Assembly: GCA_051294375.1 (NCBI GenBank)
Contig: CM119265.1
Coordinates: forward strand, 21,576,278 to 21,640,277
DNA from: Paraspadella gotoi
Lineage: Eukaryota; Animalia; Chaetognatha
Length of the DNA: 64,000 nucleotides
Reading direction: 5' to 3'
The position numbers and the translations under genes are program-made. Position 1 is the first letter of the stretch, and every line of letters begins with the position of its first letter. Positions 24,301-35,400 of the stretch are shown here, in pieces. The notes under the pieces were generated by a model. That model was not told where the DNA came from and made no database searches. It saw only the letters and a list, made by a program, of their open reading frames with translations.

Positions 24301-25987
24301 TGGTGGTTCGTGTCGCTGCGGCGTGGGCGGCTGCGCCGGTCGCGGACGGCGTTGCGCCTGCCGCTGTGCCGGAAGCCGGCGGCGATGCGGCGACTGTGGC
24401 AGCGGCAGCAGCGGCGTTGCCAGAGAAACCTTTCCTGCGTGCGGATGGTTTTATGTAGACGGACTTCGGTAAGAGGCGCGTGCTGTTTTTGAACGAAATC
24501 ATGTTTGATAGGCAGAGCGACGATATGGCTTCGTTATGAAAAGAATTAAACTTGAAAGACTTTTTCGTTCAAGGATATTTATCATTTTTTATTTAAATTT
24601 TTTTAAATATGTATGTCTGCGATGGTATTGTTGTCACTGCTAACTTACAAGATCTGTGTTGTGTTGTGTTTGGTGTTGTGGTATTGTGTGGAATGTTTAG
24701 TTATGTTAATTATGTTATCTTTTTCTTATTATTATACGTTTTGTTTTCAATATAGCGCCGATTGTCCCCTTCACCCCAGCGACTTCTCTTCTCGCTACAC
24801 CGCTGCCCTTCCTCACGCGCACGTTCAGTGTTGTACCTATGATCTTCACGCGTGCGACGAGGGTTGCGCGCGCATGCGCACGCATTCGGGTTGCGTTTGC
24901 TTTGACCAACACCCACACACGAGTCAGCACCACCGATGCGTCGAACACACTCGCCCCCTCAACGTGGAAGCGAGGGTGAACGAAACGTCCGTTACGCGAG
25001 GCGGGGAAGGGGAGCAGAATCCGATGAAGGTGAATTAAGATTGTGATGTGCAGTGTGCAATCGAAGTGGCTGTGGTTAGGATTTTAGGAATTGGTTTGAG
25101 TCAAGTGAAGAAAAACCAAATAAAACGTCCAAAAATTTTTCACACGATAATAAACATCAAATCGTAATTAATTTTTTTTCTCTTATTCAGAAGGGTACAG
25201 AAGCGCGTTCGAGCGGATCTTCCTCTGGCAGCGACTCCGGCGTCCAAGTTGGTGGCCGGCGACAAAATCCGGCGGCGCACATCACCGGACAGGGACGCGA
25301 CGACGTCGACGCCCCCGTGGGCCGAACTTCGGACACCGTCTCTTCCGGTAAAACCGCTTTTCATTTTTTCGACGTTTGTTCGCCCTACTACGTTGTTGTC
25401 CTTAATCTAATATTTTTCTAATCTTCTTCCCTTTCCCTTCAACGTCCCCTATCCGATCTCCGATATCAGAGCCAGGCCATCCTCTCCGCCTTCACCACTC
25501 GGCTTCCAACGTCGCCTCTTCCCCGTCGTCGACGTCAACGTTCTGCCGGTGCGGCGGCCGCTTCGTTTCGATCGACGCCGCCGCCCGTCGAAGCCGCGAG
25601 GATGAGCGTAGGAGAAACGCCGCCGCCTCTTCCTTACCTCGCCCTACCTCTACGCCCGCCCTACCTCACCCCTCCTTTTCCTCGTCCTCCTTACCTCGCG
25701 GAACCTCCCGGGCCGACGTGTCTCCCGGAGGCGATGACGCCAACGTCCCTCTCCTCGCGGTGGAGGGAACCGCGACGTCCGCCGACGCCGGACAAGCGGA
25801 TCGTCGGAACGCTTCCGCGCGGTCGTCCCGTCGAAAGCTCCACGACTCTGCCGGCGGCGACGACGATGACGACGCCGCTAACGACTCTATCAACGCCAGT
25901 TCTCAACTTCCTAAAAGCAAAGACAACGAAGGAATAACAACAACCAAAACCTCCTCTTCACCCTCGACCCGAGTGTGCAACGAATAA
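11902..25987 (+). CDS. PRTG: Protogenin-like (IGDCC family) single-pass receptor: 4 Ig + 5 FN3 + TM + long cytoplasmic tail, about 30 exons; first exon (11902-12028) tentative, secure from 14245
   Basis: Ig signatures (DAGFYDC, DAGRYRC, DNGTYVC, DEGIYQC), TARFSC and LAYSVHY/EDVPL motifs as in protogenin, five FN3 repeats (GLRPFTNY, DLKPKSKY, PSSNYEL, GLKPFTQY, GLEPNQYY), TM GVAIGISIGLCCIAVCVILFLCRNR at ~22989-23062; splice phases consistent from 17642 to stop at 25987. Putative signal exon MKDICL...FVICFVVFYIVFCFRA ends in a phase-1 GT matching the 14245 exon. Confidence 0.85.
12256..12325. repeat. (CT)n microsatellite
   Basis: Pure dinucleotide run. Confidence 0.98.
13568..13625 (+). repeat. 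Short copy of hairpin + CCGT element head
   Basis: GAGTTACGG-CTATAA-CCGTAACTC hairpin then TATAAGACACTTTTGTCTGTCGGTCCGT. Confidence 0.5.
17032..17075 (+). ncRNA. Degenerate minimal type-I hammerhead ribozyme motif (Penelope-like element terminal repeat relic)
   Basis: GCG-CTGATGA-AGAC-loop-GTC-GAAA-TGTGAC-CGT: intact core boxes, stems I and II; stem III/cleavage triplet decayed. Confidence 0.5.
21366..21600 (+). repeat. Intronic copy of hairpin + (CCGT)n element
   Basis: CGGGAGATCCCG hairpin, CTCTATAAT, then extended identity to 8640-8830. Confidence 0.8.
22081..22260. repeat. Polypyrimidine 18-bp tandem repeat (TTCTATTCTTTCTTTCCC and variants)
   Basis: Visible tandem units within an intron. 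Confidence 0.85.
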
Positions 25988-28912
25988 ACTCGAATGTCTA
26001 CTTTTTTTTTTAATCGACTCTTTTTTCCGCAAAACGTGCACATGCGTGAGATTTTTTTTTCTCGAAACAAAAAAATACATTGACTCAAGGAAAAAAGTAA
26101 GCAAGAAAAATACCCCGCTCCCTCTCCTCCCCCCTTTTTTTTCTGATGCATCAACGGAACAACCTCTCGAATCAATGCTGCCATCTTAAGTTGTAAAAAA
26201 AAAAAAACAACAAAAAAACGAGTGACCGAGAATTCGGAAATGGTATAAACTACCTCCTTTGATTTTTTTTTCTTATGCTGGTCCCATTCCCCCCCTCCCC
26301 TTATAATCGTGCATAAATCATACCCGTCGCGTTGTTTCCAACCCCCGTCGCATTGACCCAAAACAATTGCACTCACTTGCACTCGCGCATTCTTTTCCCC
26401 TTCTCATGACCTTGAAATGCTGCCAAATCTCCTGGAGCGGAGCAACACGATGCCCTTATTGACTCTAATAATGCGATTTTTCCCTGACGGAAATGAAAGG
26501 TGAACCTCCGATTTTATCCTTCTCGCGTTAAAGTGGATATTTCTGTGGAATTTTTCATTTTTTTTAGTTCAACATAACATATGGTAGTTTAATTTTATTT
26601 TTATTTTATTTTTGGCGAAAAATTTGATAATTAAGAAATCTTTGCATTTTATAGTTTTATATGTAATGTCAGCAGTTAAAGAAAAAGCGTAATAGATTAT
26701 GCTTTCACTATTACTATTAGCAACCTCAAACTGTGTGTTTATTTATTGTTCTTGATGCGAAAAAGTACGAAGAGTATTGTACAAATTGCATCTATCGCAT
26801 TATCATGAAAAAAATTTGTGAATACGATCTATCAGTTTCAGCTAATGGCCAATCGCTCTTTTATGTTTACTATTTTTTTATGTATTAGTTTTATTTCTAT
26901 TTTTTTTTAATTTTGGTAAGTTTGTTTTCCAGTTTCATAATATTTCATTCTAATAGCCTCCAGATTTTTTTCCTCATTGTCAGTACGTTTTTGTAAAAAC
27001 AAGTAAAAGCAAACAATGTCGCAACTGCCTAGAAACAGTAATTCTAAATCAGCTGATGGTTTAATAATAACAGCTCTACTTGGATTGATTTATTGTAATC
27101 CCAAGACTTGTTTTGACCCATTAGATGATTTGAATCTGACGTACATAATTACTCTTACAGACTTAATTTTAGTTTTTTCGTAACTCATAAATAGTATTTG
27201 GGAAACTTCCAAAGGGTCTTTGCGGACCGACTTTTCGAACCAGGATAACATTTACACGGTACCGCTTTCATTGCAAATCGGGATTATTTTAATCAACTGG
27301 GAGATTAAATCACTTACGAACAAAAATGTTATATAATGAAATGTTTGAAATCGTTTCTAATAATTTGACGACCGACAAAGATAAATTTATGGAGGGGCGA
27401 CTGCTGCTAATAAATAGAAAAAAGCGCGACTGGAAATCGTCAAAAGTTAACTACCTCAGTTATTGTTTAAAAATAACCGCAAATGCAATTAAAACAGTCG
27501 ATTAGCTGTCAGCTGAAAAAAAAACAAACATTCAACGACATTTATTTTTGTTAACACTTAAAATATTTCACCTAATTTAACCTCGGTCCGTTTTTTTCGC
27601 TAAATTTAGTTAGATGGTATAGATGGTATTGATATTGAAATATATTTAATTTAAATCATAACTAATGTTCTAAATTATTTCATTTGGCTAGTCTTTCTAA
27701 AAAACGAGGTATCTAAGAAATCTAATTTAATTTTTTCCCTTTTCCCCTATACTAATTCATAAATTGGTCGATATGTATATCACATAGTACAAAGTTTATA
27801 AAAATAACATTTTTGTTTTGGTGGTGGATAATTTTGAGCTTCTTAGTTGCTGGCGCCATCATCGTCTGTATATCTTTCTCAGGGAGAAACTTTGGTTGTA
27901 TTTTTTTTCGGCAGCCGGCAGAAAACTATGTTTCAGACTCTCAATCTCCACAATTTTATACTACTACAATTAAAGCATAATACATACTTTAATTTTCTAT
28001 CGAGGCTAAAAGGATTGGCTACAAAAAAAAATCGTGTTTGGTTTTCATGATTTTATTACAGCATTATGATGACATGAAAAGATTGAATAGCATACGCAAC
28101 TTTAATTTTAGATGGAAAGGAAGTTCTAAATTCCGACCAACATCGGAGACTAATTTGTTCTTTGTGCGTTTTATTTATTTATGTCTTTTTTTCTCACTCT
28201 CTCTCTCTTTCTTTCTCTGTTTTAAGCCGTTGATGTCCTCTAGCTTGATTCCCCCAATGGAAACTTATTCTGCCGTTTTATGTAGCAAACTACCGCTATT
28301 CAGGGCATCAATTATATTCGTATATATATTTTTATCATGTAATAATTACCGCAATTATAAATATTAAGCTCCTTTCGAGTGAATACATTTTTCGACGATA
28401 GATATCTTTGTTTACATTACTGTTTTTGCCAACTGATAGCATTTGTCTAAATATTCCAAGCGATTCAATTAAAAAGTCAATAGTTTCTTGTACAAAATGT
28501 CACTGGTTATTATTGAAAAAAAAAAAACTTGTAACATACAACATAATGAATCATTACTTTTAATTTATCTCGAATTTATTTCGACTCGGACGCGGAGTCC
28601 TTAGGCTTAGTCAGCAATTATCGTCTTTCTGAAATTATTTATATGCGGGGGAAAAATTGAGGATAAAATCTGTTGGACGAAGAGTTTTACCAAGATGAAA
28701 CTGACGCCTTCTGTCTTTGCCTCGAACGTTCTATTCAAATGGGTATGAATGGCAGATGCGTTTTCATGAATTTAGAAATTTTAACGTAGCTAAATTTACC
28801 GACCACAAAGAGTTGCAACTTACTCGCCCATGTAAAGAGAGGCAATAGACGTCAATCCTGCGATGTAGATCTTTTAGCATCTATTTCAATTCTCAGTTCC
28901 ACTCTACAAAAA

Positions 28913-31048
28913 TCACCACCCCCTCTTGAAGTTGGCCGCGGCGAATAGCGCCTCCGCCTTGAATCTCGGATTCGTCGACCAAAAGATGGGAAAATAAAGA
29001 GAAGAGGCGAGGGCGACGAGGAGAGTCTGACCGAACACGCGGGCCGAGTCTCCGTAGCCTTCGTGGCACGTCGCGAAGAGAGGGTCGATGGAGGAAGAGT
29101 CTGAAGAGGAAAGAGGAATCGTGGTGGTAAAGCGTCCGGGGGTATTGATTAGTTTTAAAATTGTCGCTATGGACAAGGAAAATCCAGGTCCAATAGGACC
29201 TTATTCGATCAAAAAATTAGATCATGCGGTTCTATTCTCTCCCCGGATTCTTGGCGCAATAATTGATTGTATAAAAGGCTCGATCCCTTAAGTATAGGAT
29301 ATTGTTGCGATTTACACTTGACGCTTTATCCGTTATACGTAAATAGAAGTCAACCGTGGCTAAGTTAACCTGTCTGTTATGGCAACGTGGAGACATGTGT
29401 GATGCCCGGGGTGCGAGGCATCTCCCGACAGCTGGCGCTCAGGCCTTTGGATCTGCAGTGACAGTGTCATTGGCATGTTTATGCCGCCGCCATCACACTT
29501 AACCTGCGTGACCATGACGTGAGCATGAGGGGATTGAACCCAAAACTCACGGTTGGTGAACGAGTGCTTAGCTTTCCAAACCAATGGGACGAGCTCAGTT
29601 TCATACGGGAGGTGAATTTTGGATTCGCCATACTAATACTTTTTTCCCGATCGCGACGACGCTAACGACACCAACGGCAACCATCATTACTTTGATTCTT
29701 GCAGAAGGCGAAGAGAAAGATGACGAATTCTAGAACGAGTAGGCAAGAGTAGGCGGCGAGTAGGAGCGCGCAGGTTCGCGCCAACGATGAAACCTCCGTC
29801 GCGCTGTCGGTAAACGTCGCCACTGCAACAGATATTATGACGTCAACAGGCTTTCATCCACTCATTCTTAATTCCGTAGAATTGAAAATAATACATATTA
29901 CGGATGATTGTTTTTTTTTATTAATATTTATTTAAGTGATTTTCTTCTGTCTTCCTCACCGGAAACGACGGATTCGTGTCTCACTTTCTCTTCGTTCGAT
30001 TCCGTTATGTCCGTCATTACGACGGGGGTGTGGTCTCGGTTGCCTAGAAACGAATGAAACGGCGTTATGATCTTGTGGAAACCGATAATCGATTTGGAAA
30101 AAAACTAACTTATTTTCTCCAATTTAACTTTAATTTAATTTAAATTAAATGAACAAAGCGAAAAAGATTGCGGGGCGCTGTAGTATACTACGTAGAACTA
30201 GAAGAGGCATAGCAAGTCATTAGAAAACTGTCAGAAATGGATAAAGTGATAAAGGCTATAAAATAAATCCTTCGCCCTTGGGCCTTCCTCCCCCCTACTA
30301 ACCGATTTTTTTAGCCGTCCCCTCCTTGACGTTCATCCACGTCCTGATGGCGAAGAAAAGGACAACAGGCGCGATTGCGTATCTGAGAAAGAATCTTCCG
30401 AAGATCTCGTAGTGACGAATGGCGTCGCCGAGGGCGCGCACGTCGCCCCCGATGTCCACGTCATGATACACTCTCGACTCTTTCCACTTGAGGGGCACAA
30501 GCGCCACGACACCGACAACGACGATGCTCACGACCACGCCCACCGCGCGCTTTCGCCCGACGAAGCGCCGAACGTTGATGCTGGAGATGACGACGAACTG
30601 ATCGACGGCTAATGCCGCGTGGACCCAGATCTGCAGCAGTAACAGCAGCTCCGCCAGGAACGAAGCGGCGAAGACAAAGACGGACGGAGCCGCGCCGGCC
30701 GCATCGAGCGGACGCGACGCGATGCTGCCGTTCCACGAGCCGGCGCCGCAGAAGACACCGCCGTCGGCACTGATTCTAACGGGAAGGTAGAGGGCGCCGG
30801 CGACGAGTATTAAGAGCGCCGAGGCGACCGATGCCGTTTTTAGATAAACCGGCGTCGAGGGAAACATCGACTCGATCTTGGAGAAGACGAGGATGAAGAG
30901 GATGTCGAAGACGAAGACGACGACGATGACGACGAAGAGGACGAGAACGACGACGCCTAATCGCCAGCTTGGAAGCGAAGCGGCGGATCGGACAGGTGGC
31001 ACGGTAGAAGCGGCGCCTGGGGACGAATTAAATGAGATTTGATAGGAG

Positions 31049-31137
<89 letters not shown>

Positions 31138-31680
31138 CCACATTTGAAAAGACCTGCTGATGTCTGAGACGTAAGTGTCGTTGATTTCTCTGTAGAAGGG
31201 GTTTCCGTGGTAGTTGCCATTGTTGTTGTCCTTTCAGTTGGGCTTTCTGTCTTGGGTCGAGTTGTTGCATCCATCGTTGCTTCGAAAGTCCATCCTTCCG
31301 TCGTCGACCACGTCTTCGTCGTCGACCACGTCTTCGTCGTCGTCAGCTGAGGAGTCGTTTCCGCTTCGGTCGTCGTCACCGCTTCGGTCGTCGTCACGTC
31401 CGTCGTTGTCACTCCTTTTTTTTCTTTCTTTGTTTCCTTTGCGACGCCGCTTTTTCCTCTCGCGCCATCTACCCCTTTTTTTGGCGCCTCTGACGTCGGA
31501 GCGTCGTCGGTAGTCACGCCCTCTGTTGTCGTCGTCTCAGTGGTCGTTCTTGTCGCTTCAGTGGTCGAGATTTTTGTCGTCGTCGTCGTTTCAGTCAACT
31601 CTTCCGTCGTCGTCACCGTCGTCGTCGTTTGCGACCGACAAAACCGACGTCAAAGCAACGAAGAAGACGTTATATTTCAT
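28913..31680 (-). CDS. Orphan rhodopsin-like 7TM receptor with signal peptide and Thr-rich mucin N-terminus (exons 31680-31154, 31016-30303, 30043-29960, 29822-29691, 29100-28913); 1-nt frameshift near 31640
   Basis: All four introns GT-AG phase 1; seven hydrophobic segments; TM3 end QIWVHAALAVDQFVVI resembles the LxxIAxDRY motif, TM7/helix 8 LASSLYFPIFWSTNPRFK resembles NPxIY...NxxFR. Signal peptide MKYNVFFVALTSV is one base out of frame with the Thr-rich stalk. Confidence 0.72.
29356..29590 (-). mobile_element. tRNA-derived SINE in the last intron of the 7TM gene
   Basis: Minus strand reads GTCCCATTGGTTTGGAAAGCTAAGCACTCG...GGGTTCAATCCC (A/B-box-like) followed by a body loosely similar to the SINE at 6666. 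Confidence 0.55.
31051..31134. repeat. (CT)n microsatellite filling intron 1 of the 7TM gene
   Basis: Pure dinucleotide run between donor at 31153 and acceptor at 31017. Confidence 0.98.
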
Positions 31681-32203
31681 TTTCGCTTCGATTTAAATTT
31701 CTTATTTCATTTTTTCTCTCTCCGGAATTAATTCATAGAGAAGCTTCTCGGTTTCGGATTCGATGAAAAACCAGCATAAAGACCGAGAGTCCGATGCTGG
31801 TCGATCGACGACGGACGACGAGACGATTTCCCAAGATTTATTTTTCTCTCGCCGCTCAAAGTCAAACAAAAGGTTTAGTCAGCGTTAAAAGCCTTTAAAA
31901 TGTTTACGACCATGAAATCGGATAATGTCACAGCTTCTTTATTGTTACTGTCCACATGAAATTGAAGTATTTTAACACTTTAAATTGTTAGAAATTTAAA
32001 TGGTTCTGCGACGACAATTTGTCATCCTCCCCCATATTCGTTCGGTCAATTATTCATCAAGTTTAGTTAAAGGATGGATGAAAAGAAAACATTTAAAAAT
32101 AAGGGAAACTCAATGTTTGTTTGAAATTATTGTCATCAGTCATCGAAGGAAATGACCAAAATATTCGGACTGTGCCGTGAGCATAAACTTTCTCAAGATA
32201 AAC

Positions 32204-32206
<3 letters not shown>

Positions 32207-32289
<83 letters not shown>

Positions 32290-32292
32290 TCT
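32207..32292. repeat. (CT)n microsatellite in the divergent intergenic region
   Basis: Dinucleotide run with one interruption. Confidence 0.97.
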
Positions 32293-32474
32293 GTGTGCAT
32301 TTTTTTCGCCTAATTTCGTGTTCCTCTCATCCAAAAAATCTTAGATTGATCCCGTCATATTGAATGCAAATTATTCTTGGTCGTTTGTTTGTGCTTTGGA
32401 TCGATTGTTTTTTTTTTGTTTTTTTTTGCGTTGAAGTTAGAAAGGAATCGTTTTTCTCTTCTTTGCACCGAAAA

Positions 32475-35400
32475 ATGGATACGCAGGTTGGGATATATAT
32501 TCATANNNNNNNNNNTATGACTTAAGTAAAAAACTGTTTTTACATTTTGTTTAATATTTACATTTCAGTTAAACATAAACATTAAACAAAAAGGGGAACT
32601 TGGCGGAGAAATTAGGGGATGATGAAAATTTTTCTTTTGCCTCGTATGACCTCATTAAATATTTAACATAAATATTCAATACTAAGTTTAATCATATGAG
32701 TAAACATTATCCTAGCGCCACTCCACCGCCGCGTCGTCCGTTCGATCCTTCGCTAACTTCACTTCGATCGTCGGACCGGAAAGGATCGCCAACGCCTCCA
32801 GCAGGTTCGTCATGATCAAATCTTTCCTCGTCGGAGCTCATTTGATTCTTGGCCGAAGGATTTACTTATTGAGGGAGAAACTGAAAAAGAAGATAGTTTT
32901 ATCCTTCCGCGATTTTATTTGAGAAATGGTTGAGTCCTTGACTAATACGAGGCCAAAATGAGCATGTGACTCAACGCTTTGGACAGGGTTATTTGTCATT
33001 AACAAAGCATTTTAAAACAACGATAACTACAACAACGGCAGATGTTTCCGTTTCATTTGGATTCTGGCCTTCACCGCGAGCCTCGTCGCATCCTTTGTTT
33101 ACGTGCAGATGTCAATCGTCAAGTATATGAGGTGACAAATATGAAAAACAATAGGATATACGTTATACAACTATATATAAACATTTATAACTGGCAGTTA
33201 ATGAAGAAAAAATGGTGAATTCGTTCCGGTCCCTTCCGATTTTTTCTCATCTCGGAAAAAAATTTTAGTTACCCCGTCTCGACTTCGGTTCGTCTCATGC
33301 AAGCCAAGGATGGCATCGACTTTCCCACCGTCACCATCTGCAATTTGAATCCAATTCGGTTTCAATTCATGCTCCAGGTTTTGAAAATTTTTGTGAATAA
33401 AGTAATAAATTTGCAGATTCTAACGAAATATTATTGACGTCCTGTCGCTTACCAGTTGACTTTGAATGCCTGTAAGCAATACAGTTAGTGTCGAAATCCC
33501 TGTCTCTGGATGTTTTTTTAGTTTCATAATAAATAAATATTAACTGTCGTAAAACCTGAAACTGACCAGGAATTCCCCAAAATGGCGAACGTAATTTCCT
33601 TCATCGAAAACGCGACGAACTCTGAAGGATTCGACGCGAATACGACGGTCGACGAGATGGACTTCGAAAGTCTCGTCCAATCAGCGAATAGAGCCTTCGA
33701 CAACGACGCTGATTGGAGGAAATTTTGTTTTTGTTTTGATTGATTGATTGATTAAACGGAGATTGGATTAATGGATTAATTTGATGAATTTAGACTAAAT
33801 TAGATTTGATTTGATTGATTTAAGATTGATTGATATTGATGTATCGATTGATAGCTTAATTGGTTCGCTGATCATTCGTTAATGATGAATGTTTATTAGA
33901 CGTCCGTTCCGAGACAATGGGCCGGGACCTCCGTGGAGGCCACAGCCGCCTCGAGGATCGCCTGACGCGTCGACGCCGTTGCCACCGACGACGACTTCCG
34001 GCGTACGAAAATCTCGTGGAACCGATAGAATTTCTTATCGGCCGAAGGTGAGAGAAGAAATGTTATTGCGTCGTAAAGTAAGTCATGTATGCATGTCATC
34101 ATAACGCTGGCCTTTTTCGATGATGATAATAAAAAGTAAAAAAAATTTAATTGTTAGCAAATTTTTTAAAAAAAATTATTTAAATATTAAAATAAAAAAA
34201 ATTTCAGCTCAAAGTGAAAAAGTTTACGAATACTAGGAACGCACACTTTTTGACGTTTTATCATACGATAGAGACTGTACAAAGTGTAAATGTTGAAAAA
34301 AAATAGTTTATTACCGCTCCGCTCACTCTCACAGGGTCGCGAATTCCTCGGTCGTCTCTCTATCAAAGCTGAAGTGAGGAATCGATTCTACGACGCGCTC
34401 GCCTCTCTTCCTACTTCTGTCCTCCTTGAAGGATCTACGCAGTTCAAGGACTTCGTCATCGACTGTCAGTTTCAAGGTTGAATTCGATTATCCATTAGTT
34501 CATCGAATCGTTTATCCATTCACTAACCATAGCCAGTCCATTGTCAGGGGCAAAATGGCTTGTGAAGTTGTTTCTTGAATGAATAGAAAACAATTTTATA
34601 TTGATCGTACCAATTTCATAACAGTCAGCGCCTTGTATTTTGATGCTAGTATTGACTATGGAGTATGACATAGTATTTCCGGTTTTATTATGTACTTAAT
34701 GCCTCTCTAAAGTCAATGGCATGACTGCCTGTTTATTGAATGAATGGATAATTTCATAGATATTTAGCCTCATGACATTGGTGATATTGATGATGACTGC
34801 GTAAGATTTTCTTGCAAGTAAGTTTTTTTTTTTCCTCCACTATTATCAAATTGGTGTGTACTACCAAAAAATAAAAAATCACTTCGCACAAAAAAAAGAA
34901 TGTATGGTTTTTGTTATGAAATTTTATCTCCAATTAGGAATCGACTGCACCGAGGAAAAATTCTGGAAAAAGATTCGCGATCCTCACTTTGGAATTTGTT
35001 TCTCCTTTCAAAACGTTAGCAACGCGAGCGTGCCTTACGTTGTCAAGAGGACGGGTGATTTTCAAGGAGATTTCGGATTTTCGTGCATCATCGCCCCATA
35101 AAAATCTACATTCTTACAGGTCAGCCTTACGGTCTATCCGTCGTTCTACTTCTCGGCCAGAAAAACTACATTCCATTCGTGACTGAATCTGCTGGAGCGA
35201 GGATAGGGCTTCATCCGCCGGGCTACATACCCTACCCGATGCATCAGGGTGAGTTGCTGTATCTTAGCGTGATTTCCTACTTGTTTGTAATGGCGAAACA
35301 AAATAAAAACTGTACTACGTATATCGAAGCGGCCGTACGAAGTCAGGTCTGAAGAATTTGAAAAAAAAAAATCTTCTTCGGTATAAATAAATCTATGAGT

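Noticed and set aside
14245-25987. DCC/neogenin/frazzled assignment
   Set aside because: Five rather than six FN3 repeats, protogenin-type motifs and no recognisable P1-P3 cytoplasmic motifs.
30298-31143. 281-aa ORF taken as a complete protein starting MWERERER
   Set aside because: Its N-terminus is intron microsatellite; the real exon starts at 31016.
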